From an uncultured bacterium (GTDB lineage: Bacteria; Planctomycetota; UBA1135; GCA-002686595): 64,000 nucleotides of DNA. Positions 50,186 through 58,526 of this stretch are shown here, piece after piece. Below the pieces are notes generated by a model. It worked only from the letters and a program-made list of their open reading frames with translations, searched no databases and was not told the DNA's origin. Both the position numbers and the translations under genes were made by a program. The first letter of the stretch is position 1, and the number at the start of each line of letters is the position of its first letter. The stretch lies in contig CALSNU010000004.1 in NCBI GenBank assembly GCA_943787795.1, positions 384,001-448,000 of the forward strand, in the 5' to 3' direction.

Positions 50186-51022
50186 TCAGCCCCGCGACGG
50201 CGACCCCGGACGGTTCTTGACGAAGTCCTTGGGGCGCTTCTCAACGAAGGCGTCGTACGACTCGCGGTAGTCGGGGTGCTTCATGCACTCCGCCTGGATC
50301 CACCCCTCCGCCTGCATGGCCTCGCCGAGGTCCATGTGGGCCTCCGCGTTGAGCATGCGCTTGGTCACGGCGAGGCCCATGCCGGGCCCGGCAGCGAGCT
50401 TCTCTGCCATGGCGCGCGCCTTCTCCTCCAGCTCTTCACCCGGCACGACGTGGTTGTAGAGCCCGATGCGCTCGGCCCGCTCCGCAGAGATGAACTCGCC
50501 CGCCATGAGCAGTTCGCTCGCGTGGCCGAGCCCCACGATGCGAGGCAGGAGCCAGGCGGCGCCCATGTCTGCACCCGAGAGGCCGACCTGGGTGAACAGG
50601 AAGGCGATCTTCGCCGAGTCCGAGGCGACTCGGATGTCCGCCGCCGCCGCCATGACCGCCCCGGCTCCGCAGGTCGTGCCGTTGAGAGCGGCCACGATCG
50701 GCTTCTCGAGCCGCCGCATGCTCTCGATCAGGTCGCAGGTCATGCGCGTGAAGGCGACCAGCGCCGAGTCAGGGACCCCGAAGAGCTTCCCGATGATGTC
50801 GAGCACATCCCCCCCCGAACAGAAGGCCCGCCCCGTACCCGTGAGCAGCACGCTCCGGACCGAGTCCCGCTCGCCCAGCGCACGGAACGTGTCGCGGAGC
50901 TCCGCGTAAGAGTCAAAAGTGAGGGCGTTGAGCCGCTCGGGGCGGTTCAGCCGGATGGTGGCGACGCCGTCGCGCTCCTCGTAGTCGAAGTGCTCAGGCT
51001 GGATCGTCTCGGGGGTGATCAT
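50186..51022 (-). CDS. Enoyl-CoA hydratase/crotonase family protein
   Basis: LNRPERLNALTF, AFCSGGDV, KPIVAALNG, VGLSGADMGA, FVEKRP. TATGGT 6 nt upstream of the ATG. Confidence 0.93.
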   Translation of the reverse strand: MITPETIQPEHFDYEERDGVATIRLNRPERLNALTFDSYAELRDTFRALGERDSVRSVLLTGTGRAFCSGGDVLDIIGKLFGVPDSALVAFTRMTCDLIESMRRLEKPIVAALNGTTCGAGAVMAAAADIRVASDSAKIAFLFTQVGLSGADMGAAWLLPRIVGLGHASELLMAGEFISAERAERIGLYNHVVPGEELEEKARAMAEKLAAGPGMGLAVTKRMLNAEAHMDLGEAMQAEGWIQAECMKHPDYRESYDAFVEKRPKDFVKNRPGSPSRG

Positions 51023-51207
51023 GGGGAGACCATAGCGCAGCGCCCCACCCATGCGGGCCGCCGGTGATCGGGAGTCCCCTGCGTCGCTTCGCGAGCCGTG
51101 CAACTGAGGGGCGCTGGACGCGTCTTGACGGGGATCGAACCGGACAGGCGCGACGGGGCGAAGGACGCCCCATATGATGGAGTCCGATTCTTTCCACCCA
51201 GACGCCC

Positions 51208-53277
51208 ATGCATCGCCCCCTCGGCCTCCAGGCCTCCCTCCCCGTCCGCGCCGCAGGCGCCCTCCTCGTCTTCCTGCTCGTTGGTGCCCTCACCGAGCCA
51301 GTGCGCGCCCAGGAGGCCGCCACGGAGCAAGCGGAACCCGCCGCCCGAACCCTCGTGGTGGAGCCCGCAGAGCTGGTGCTGGAGATCGGTGAAGCCGCCG
51401 AACTCACCGCCACGATCCTCGACGCCGCAGGCGAGGCCGTGGACGCGCCCGTGATGTTCTTCTCCCGTAGCCGCCGCAGCCTGTCGGTGGACCGGGAGGG
51501 CAAGGTCGCAGCGATCAAGCCAGGCACCTTCGAGATCGTGGTCCGTGAGCGCCGGCGTCGGTCCGGTGAGAACCAGGCCAGCCGCGTCGGCCTCGGGGAG
51601 CGCCTGTCGGTGACCGTTCCGGTGACCGTCAAGCTGCCGGACCTCGCCTCCGTCGAGCTGGTCGCCGGCCCCAACGCGGCGGTCTGGACCGGCACGACGA
51701 TCCAGCTCGCGGCGAAGGGCACCGACGTCAACGGCGCGGACCGTGCGGTGTCCCCCACCTGGTCCACCAGCCCGGCCGCCGTGGCCACGGTCGATGGCCT
51801 CGGAGAGGTGACGGTTCACAGCCCCGGCGCCTTCAAGGTCACCGCCGAGGCCGAGGGCACGTCGGCGACCATGACCCTGACCGCCGCCGCGAACCCCATC
51901 ACGCGCCTCGTCGTCGAGGCCGACAACGCCGCGCCGAAGACCGGCGACGTGGTCCACCTGCGCGTCGACGCCTTCGACGCGGCGGGCGAGATCATCACGG
52001 ACGTACCCGTGGAGATGACCTTCCGGGCCCGCACCGACGACGACCTCGGGCCGGGGGCCAGCGGCCAGATCGAGGCCGTGGAGGGCACCGCCCGCGCCTG
52101 GCGCTTCGTGGCGGAGCAGCCGGGGCGCTACACCTTCGTCGCCTCCTCGGGGAACGCCGCGGGCCGGCTCGGCGCGGTCGCGACCGCCCGCGACGTGGCG
52201 GGTAAGTTCACCCTGGTGGGCCACGGCCGGGTGGACGACACCCACACCTCCGACCTGTGGGTTTGGGAAGGGCTCGACGGCCGCGACTACGCGGTCACGG
52301 GGACCTGGGGCGCCAACGGCGACGCCCACTTCTGGGACGTCACCGACCCCGCGAACATCGAGCGGATCTCGACCGTCACCATCGACGCGCGCACCGTCAA
52401 CGACGTCAAGGTCTCCGCGGACGGGCGCATCTGCGTGCTCTCCCGCGAGGGGGCCTCGGACCGCAAGAACGGCATCGTCCTCGTGGACGTGATGGACCCG
52501 CGCAACCCGAAGATCCTCTCGGGCTTCGACGACTCGCTGACCGGCGGCGTCCACAACGTCTTCATCGACGGCGACAAGGTCTACGCCCTGTCCGCGAGCG
52601 CGCGGTACGACTCCATCGACATCTCGGACCCCGGCTCGCCCCAGCGGGTCGGCACCTACAAGGTGGAGCGGCCGAACCCCTCGATCCACGACGTGTGGGT
52701 CGAGGACGGCCTCGCCTACTCCTCCAACTGGTCCGACGGCGTGCACATCGTCGACGTCGGCAACGGCATGGCCGGCGGCAGCCCGGACAACCCCGTCAAG
52801 ATCTCGAGCTACGCCTACCCGAGCGGGTGGAACCACGCGGCCTTCCCCTTCCGGCAGCAGGAGACGGGCAAGTTCTACGTGGCCGCCGGCGACGAGGCCT
52901 TCCCCTACGGCCTCAACACCGAGGGCAAGCCGACCTATCCCCGCGGGTGGATCCACTTCATCGACTTCTCGGACCTCGAGAGCCCGCGGGAGTGCGCCCG
53001 CTACCAGGTCCCCGAGGCGGGCACCCACAACCTCTGGATCGAGGACGACGTGATGTACGTCGCCTACTACAACGCCGGCCTGCGCGCCGTCGACGTGTCC
53101 GGTGAGCTGATGGGCGACGTGTACCAGCAGGGCCGCGAGATCGCGTGGTTCCTGCCGGACGACCCGGAGGGGCACATCGCCAACGCGCCCATGGCCTGGG
53201 GCCCCCAGCCCCACAAGGGACACATCTTCTTCTCCGACTGGAACTCCGGCCTGTGGGCCGTGAAGCTCGAGCGATGA
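51208..53277 (+). CDS. Secreted Ig-like + LVIVD-repeat beta-propeller protein
   Basis: Signal peptide; Big2-like TWSTSPAAVATVDGLGEVT; LVIVD repeats (FWDVTDP, VLVDVMDP, VHIVDV, FIDFSD); His motifs GVHN, IHD, NHA, THN. Confidence 0.82.
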   Translation: MHRPLGLQASLPVRAAGALLVFLLVGALTEPVRAQEAATEQAEPAARTLVVEPAELVLEIGEAAELTATILDAAGEAVDAPVMFFSRSRRSLSVDREGKVAAIKPGTFEIVVRERRRRSGENQASRVGLGERLSVTVPVTVKLPDLASVELVAGPNAAVWTGTTIQLAAKGTDVNGADRAVSPTWSTSPAAVATVDGLGEVTVHSPGAFKVTAEAEGTSATMTLTAAANPITRLVVEADNAAPKTGDVVHLRVDAFDAAGEIITDVPVEMTFRARTDDDLGPGASGQIEAVEGTARAWRFVAEQPGRYTFVASSGNAAGRLGAVATARDVAGKFTLVGHGRVDDTHTSDLWVWEGLDGRDYAVTGTWGANGDAHFWDVTDPANIERISTVTIDARTVNDVKVSADGRICVLSREGASDRKNGIVLVDVMDPRNPKILSGFDDSLTGGVHNVFIDGDKVYALSASARYDSIDISDPGSPQRVGTYKVERPNPSIHDVWVEDGLAYSSNWSDGVHIVDVGNGMAGGSPDNPVKISSYAYPSGWNHAAFPFRQQETGKFYVAAGDEAFPYGLNTEGKPTYPRGWIHFIDFSDLESPRECARYQVPEAGTHNLWIEDDVMYVAYYNAGLRAVDVSGELMGDVYQQGREIAWFLPDDPEGHIANAPMAWGPQPHKGHIFFSDWNSGLWAVKLER

Positions 53278-54410
53278 TCGCCACCCTGCTCCTCCTCGGC
53301 GCCGGGTCCCTCTGGGGCGCCGGGACGATCCCGGCGCCCGCCAGCGAGGCCCGCCTGCTGGTGGCCGCCGAGTCCGCGGACCGGGTCTACGACCTGGCCT
53401 TCGACGGCAGGGACCTCTCCGTGCGCGAGGTCATCGATGTGGGCTACCAGGCCACCGAGATCGAGGGGCCCCACGGGCTGACCGTGTCCCCCGACGGACG
53501 GCACTGGTTCGTGTCCATCGCCCACGGCAAGCCCAACGGCATCCTCTACAAGTACGACGCCGGGACCCACGACCTTCTAGGCGAGGCGGAGCTGGGGCTC
53601 TTCCCGGCGACGATGCAGATCTCCCCCGACACGGGGCTGCTCTACTGCGTCAACTTCGACCTCCACGGGGACATGACCCCGAGCACGGTCTCCGTCGTCG
53701 ACGTGGACGGCATGGTCGAGATCGAGCAGGTGGTCACCGGGTCCATGCCCCACGGCTCGCGCCTCTCCCCCGACGGCAGCCGCCACTTCTCGTGCGCCAT
53801 GATGAGCGACGAGCTCATCGAGCTCGACGCGGTCACCCTCGAGGTGGTCCGCCGGCTCGAGCTGACCGACGGCACCGGTCGCCGCGCCGGCGGCGGCCAC
53901 GGCGGCGACGCGGAGGCGGGCGCCGACGGCGCACCGCAGCACGCGGCCGTGGCCAAGCCCACCTGGGTCCAGCCCCACCCGACGAAGCCGGTGGCCTACG
54001 TGGCCCTCAACGGCGTCCACCAGGTGCTCGAGGTCGACCTCGAGAAGTGGAAGATCACGCGCCGCTTCCCGACGGGCCGCGCACCGTACAACCTCGAGGT
54101 GACCCCGGACGGAACCCGGCTGGTGGTCACCTACAAGGGCGCCCAGGCCGTGGGCGTCATCGACCTCAAGAGCGGCAAGGAGCTGGCGCGGATCCCGACC
54201 AGCCGACCGATCCCCCACGGGGTCGTGGTCACCGCCGACAGCCGCTTCGCCTTCGTCACCTGCGAGGACCGCGGCGCGGCTCCGGGCGCGGTGGACGCCA
54301 TCGACCTGGAGACCCTGCGCCGGGTGAGCTCGGTGGACGTCGGCCTGCAGGCCGGCGGCATCGCCCTGTTCCCCGCGATCGAACGACCCGACGCCCCTTC
54401 CCGACGCTGA
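53274..54410 (+). CDS. YncE/YVTN-like beta-propeller exported protein
   Basis: Repeats GPHGLTVSPDG, MPHGSRLSPDG, PYNLEVTPDG, PHGVVVTADS; ATGA overlap with the upstream gene. Confidence 0.85.
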   Translation: MIATLLLLGAGSLWGAGTIPAPASEARLLVAAESADRVYDLAFDGRDLSVREVIDVGYQATEIEGPHGLTVSPDGRHWFVSIAHGKPNGILYKYDAGTHDLLGEAELGLFPATMQISPDTGLLYCVNFDLHGDMTPSTVSVVDVDGMVEIEQVVTGSMPHGSRLSPDGSRHFSCAMMSDELIELDAVTLEVVRRLELTDGTGRRAGGGHGGDAEAGADGAPQHAAVAKPTWVQPHPTKPVAYVALNGVHQVLEVDLEKWKITRRFPTGRAPYNLEVTPDGTRLVVTYKGAQAVGVIDLKSGKELARIPTSRPIPHGVVVTADSRFAFVTCEDRGAAPGAVDAIDLETLRRVSSVDVGLQAGGIALFPAIERPDAPSRR

Positions 54411-54413
54411 CCT

Positions 54414-57119
54414 ATGCTCCACGCCCTCGCCCTCCTGGCCCTCGCCTGTCCCCAGGACGCGCCCGACGCCGTCGACGCCCACTCCGAGCACGGGGCCGCC
54501 TTCGACATCGGCCCGCGTCAGGCCGCGACCCTGATGGAGCACCCCGACCGGATCGACTTCCCGGTCACCCTCGCCCCCGGCAAGGAGCACCTCCAGGCAT
54601 TCATGCTCCAGGGGATCGGCCAGCTGCACGGCTTCTGGTTCTTGGAGGCCGAGCGCACCTTCCGGCAGATCCTCAGCGAGGACCCCGACTGCGCCATGGC
54701 CAGCTGGGGGCTCGCGCTCGCGAACGTGGATCACCCCGACCGAGCCGCCTGGTTCGCCCGCGCAGCGTGGCTCAAGCGCGGGCTCGTGACCGACCGCGAG
54801 CAGCGCTACATCGACATGATCGCGCGCTACTACCGGGTGGAGGGGCCGGATGAGCCGGAGGACCTCCAGGAGCCCAAGAACCCGGCGCCGGGTGAGGGAG
54901 GGACTGGTGAGGGAGGGACTGGCGAGGGAGAGACTGGCGAGGAGCAGAGCGGAGAGCGCGAGCTTCCCAAGCGCAAGGAGCCCGCCAAGCGCGAGGCGGA
55001 GCGGCTGGTCAAGGACTACGAGGACCTGATCTGGGACTACCCCGATGACATCGAGGCCAAGGCGCTGCTCGCCAACCGGATCTGGCTCAACCGCCGCAAG
55101 GGCATCCAGACCACGAGCCGCATGTCCGTCGAGGCCCTGCTGCAGCAGGTGCTCGCCGTGGAGCCCCTCCACCCCGCCCATCACTACCGGATCCACCTGT
55201 GGGACTCGAAGGACAGCGCCGAGCGCGTGGTCGACACGGCGGTCCGCTGCGGCTTCTCCTGGCCGGGGATCGCCCACAACTGGCACATGGGCGGGCACAT
55301 CTTCGCCCAGCTCGGCCGCCACTACGACGCCGCCTGGCAGCAGGAGGCCTCGGCCCGCGTGGACCACGCCCACATGCAGCGCGCGTGGCTGCTCCCCGAC
55401 GAGATCCACAACTTCGCCCACAACAACGAGTGGCTGACCCGCAGCCTCCGCCACCAGGGTCGGGTCACCGAGTCGGTGGAGCTCGCGAAGAACATGATCG
55501 AGCTGCCCCGCCACCCGGACCTCAATAGCCTGGAGAAGCGGCGCTGCAGCGCGATCTACGGCCGCCAGCGCCTGCTGGAGACCCTGACCGCCTTCGAGCA
55601 GTGGACGACGCTCCGCGAGCTCGGTGAGACCATGTACCTGGAGCCGCACCTGCTCGACCCCGAGGGCGCGCTGCGGGCCTACTCCATGGGCCGCGCCGCG
55701 GCGCACCTGGGCGACGTCGACGCCGTGGGCCTCTCTATCGAGCAGCTCGAGAGCATGCTCGTGAGCCTCAAGGCCGAGCGCTCCGAGGCCGTGGACGAGG
55801 CCGAGGAGGAGGCGCTGGCCGCCGACAAGAAGCGCGACGAGGTCCGCGCGGCCATGGCCAAGGCCATGGAGTCCTTCGAGCGCGAGGCCTCCACCATCCG
55901 CAAGCAGATCGACGCCCTGGAGGCCCTCGCGGACTACGCCCGCGGCGAGGACCCCATCGCGGCCCTGAAGGCGCTCAAGGACGCGAGCTACGACAAGGTC
56001 CACCTCGCCCGCATGATGGCGGAGTCCGGGGACAAGAAGCTCGTGAAGGAGGCCCTCAAGATGGCCCGCGGCCTCGCTAAGGAGGGCGACGGCCGCCTCC
56101 TCGAGCTCGCCACCAAGGCCCACGTCCTGTGGATCTCCGGCGAGCAGGAGGAGGCCCTCGAGGTCTTCGAGGACCTCCGGACGGGCGCCGCCCTGGCCGA
56201 GGTCGAGCTCCCCCCCTTCCAGCGCCTCGCGCCCCTCGCCGAGGCCCTGGCGCTCCCCGCCGACTGGCGCCCCGAGTTCCGCGAGGCGAACGACGTGGCC
56301 CTGCGCATGGACCTCGACCTCGAGGACCTCGGACCCCGCCACTGGTCGCCCCCCGTCGCCACGGACTGGACGCTCCCCGACGCCTACGGCGACGAGGTCT
56401 CCCTGTCCGACTTCGCCGGACGCCCGGTGCTGGTGGTGAACTTCCTCGGCTTCGGCTGCGTGCACTGCGTGGAGCAGCTCCAGGTCCTGGCCCCCATGGC
56501 GGAGCAGTTCGCCGAGGCGGGGATCGAGATCGTCGCCATCGGGCTGGAGGGCCCCGAGGCGGTCGCCAAGTCCCTGGGCAGCGACTCAGCGGACACGGGC
56601 TTCCCCTTCCGTGTCCTCTGCGACCCGAGCCGGACCCAGTTCAAGGCCTGGCGGGCGTACGACGACTTCGAGGACATCGCCCTGCACGGCACGTACCTCG
56701 TGGACGGCCAGGGGCGGATCCGGTGGATCGACATCAGCCACCTGCCCTTCATGGACGCGGAGTTCCTGCTGGACGAGTCCAGGCGACTCCTCGGACTCCC
56801 GGTGCGCGGCCAGGACGGGAAGCCGGCCTGGAAGCTCCAGCTCGAGGTCTCCACCCCCGCGGCCGAGCCGGTCGCCGCGACCCCAGAGGTGGTCCAGGTC
56901 GACGGCATCGCGGTCGCGGTCCAGCTCGACACCGCGCCCCACTGCCAGAACTGCGTCGCCGACCTGCGACAGATCTGCGGGACGCTGGACGGCTTCCGGG
57001 ACCTCGCCGCCAAGCCGAACGAGGCGGTCATCATGGTCGTCTTCGAGGTCGACGAGGTCGACCAGAAGGCGCTCCTCGCGGCCCTCGAGGCCGGCGGGCG
57101 CCCCGGCAAGCTCCCCTGA
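54414..57119 (+). CDS. Exported TPR-like + AhpC/TSA redoxin protein with a C-terminal HMA-like domain
   Basis: QLHGFWFLEAERTFRQ, HHYRIHLWD, HMGGHIF; redoxin DWTLPD..SLSDFAGRP..GCVHCVEQL..HGTYLVD; C-terminal HCQNC. Confidence 0.82.
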   Translation: MLHALALLALACPQDAPDAVDAHSEHGAAFDIGPRQAATLMEHPDRIDFPVTLAPGKEHLQAFMLQGIGQLHGFWFLEAERTFRQILSEDPDCAMASWGLALANVDHPDRAAWFARAAWLKRGLVTDREQRYIDMIARYYRVEGPDEPEDLQEPKNPAPGEGGTGEGGTGEGETGEEQSGERELPKRKEPAKREAERLVKDYEDLIWDYPDDIEAKALLANRIWLNRRKGIQTTSRMSVEALLQQVLAVEPLHPAHHYRIHLWDSKDSAERVVDTAVRCGFSWPGIAHNWHMGGHIFAQLGRHYDAAWQQEASARVDHAHMQRAWLLPDEIHNFAHNNEWLTRSLRHQGRVTESVELAKNMIELPRHPDLNSLEKRRCSAIYGRQRLLETLTAFEQWTTLRELGETMYLEPHLLDPEGALRAYSMGRAAAHLGDVDAVGLSIEQLESMLVSLKAERSEAVDEAEEEALAADKKRDEVRAAMAKAMESFEREASTIRKQIDALEALADYARGEDPIAALKALKDASYDKVHLARMMAESGDKKLVKEALKMARGLAKEGDGRLLELATKAHVLWISGEQEEALEVFEDLRTGAALAEVELPPFQRLAPLAEALALPADWRPEFREANDVALRMDLDLEDLGPRHWSPPVATDWTLPDAYGDEVSLSDFAGRPVLVVNFLGFGCVHCVEQLQVLAPMAEQFAEAGIEIVAIGLEGPEAVAKSLGSDSADTGFPFRVLCDPSRTQFKAWRAYDDFEDIALHGTYLVDGQGRIRWIDISHLPFMDAEFLLDESRRLLGLPVRGQDGKPAWKLQLEVSTPAAEPVAATPEVVQVDGIAVAVQLDTAPHCQNCVADLRQICGTLDGFRDLAAKPNEAVIMVVFEVDEVDQKALLAALEAGGRPGKLP

Positions 57120-57177
57120 ACGGCTCGGGACCCCCTGGGGCAACCGGAAGGCGGGCGTCCGGCCGGCGGGCGCCCGG

Positions 57178-57654
57178 TCAGCCGATCACGGCCGTCGCTT
57201 CGATCTCCACCATGGCCCCCTCCTCGAGGAGGTCCCGGACCTCCACGAGGGTCATGGCGGGGTAATGGCTCCCGATGCGGTCCTTCCAGGCCACGCCGAT
57301 GGCCTTGGTCGCGCCGAGGTAGGCCTTCTTGTCCGTGACGAAGACCGTCATGCGGACGATCTCCTCCGGCTGCCCCCCCGCCTCACGGACCACCGTCAGG
57401 ACGTTGTCGAGGGCCTGGACGAACTGCCGGGAGAAGTTGTCCTTCCCCACCAGCTGCTGCTCCGCGTCCCAAGCGATCTGCCCGGCGAGGTAGAGCGTGC
57501 GGCCGCCGTCCTCCACGAGGACGCCGTTGGCGTAGCCCCGCGCGGCCTTCCAGCCCTTGGGCTGGACCGACCAGCGGCGCAGGCGGTCCCGGCTCGAGTC
57601 CCCGCGGGCCACGTTCCCCGTGGGCCGCATCCGTCGAAAGAGTCTCTTCAGCAT
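57178..57654 (-). CDS. Rid (YjgF/YER057c/UK114) family protein
   Basis: PKGWKAARGYANG, LAGQI, QALDN, HYPAMTLVEV, VEIEATAVI. Confidence 0.9.
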   Translation of the reverse strand: MLKRLFRRMRPTGNVARGDSSRDRLRRWSVQPKGWKAARGYANGVLVEDGGRTLYLAGQIAWDAEQQLVGKDNFSRQFVQALDNVLTVVREAGGQPEEIVRMTVFVTDKKAYLGATKAIGVAWKDRIGSHYPAMTLVEVRDLLEEGAMVEIEATAVIG

Positions 57655-57659
57655 GACGT

Positions 57660-58475
57660 TCAGCGCGCCCCGATCGGCACGCCCTCCTCGATGACGGCGG
57701 TCGATCCGCCGATGAGTTCGTGGACCACGCCCGAACGATCCGAGCGCAGAAGGTCCATGGCGGCCGCCGCCACCTCGTCCACGGTGACCAGGGCGCCGCC
57801 GGGGTTCTGGCCGGCGAGGAACGCCCGCAGGTCCTCCTCGCTGCGGCCCGTCTTCTCGCGCATGGTCTCGATGCTGCGGTCCGTCATCGGCGTGTCCACG
57901 TAGTGCGGGCAGAGGGCCGAGACCCCGATCCCCTTGGGCGCACACTCGAGCGCGACGGACCGCGTCCACCCCATGAGGGCGTGCTTGGACGCGACGTAGG
58001 CGGAGACGTACGGGTAGCCCTGCAGCGACGCGGAGGAGGCGACCTGGACGACCCGTCCCCGTCCCCGCTCGAGCATCCCCGGGGCCAGGGCGCCGAAGAG
58101 CCGCATGGGCCCGAAGAAGTTGACCTCCATCAGGCGCCGCGCGAGGTCAAGGTTGTCCGTCGCGGTGGACGCCATGGTCTCCGCCACGCCGGCGTTGTTC
58201 ACCAGCCACTCGATGGGCCCGAAGCCCTCCAGCGCTGCGGGGAGAGCGGCGCAGCTGTCCTCCTGGGTGACATCGAGGGCCAGGCCAACGCACGCGGTCC
58301 CGGTCTCCTCCTGGAGCGCTCTCGCGGCCTCTGCCGCTCGTTCGATGTCGCGACCAGTCAGCGCCACGGGGGTGCCCGCGCCCAGGATCGCCCGGGCGAT
58401 GGCCGCCCCGATCCCGCTCGTGCCGCCCGTCACGAGCGCGGCGGAGCCGTCGAGGATGGGGAGTTCCGAAGACAT
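57660..58475 (-). CDS. Short-chain dehydrogenase/reductase
   Basis: TGGTSGIG, NNAG, ASS, YVASKH, CPHYVDTPM. TACCCT 6 nt upstream of the ATG. Confidence 0.93.
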   Translation of the reverse strand: MSSELPILDGSAALVTGGTSGIGAAIARAILGAGTPVALTGRDIERAAEAARALQEETGTACVGLALDVTQEDSCAALPAALEGFGPIEWLVNNAGVAETMASTATDNLDLARRLMEVNFFGPMRLFGALAPGMLERGRGRVVQVASSASLQGYPYVSAYVASKHALMGWTRSVALECAPKGIGVSALCPHYVDTPMTDRSIETMREKTGRSEEDLRAFLAGQNPGGALVTVDEVAAAAMDLLRSDRSGVVHELIGGSTAVIEEGVPIGAR

Positions 58476-58526
58476 GGGACGAGGGTAACGCGGACGCGCC
58501 CCCGGCGACCTGCTACCTTCCGAAGC

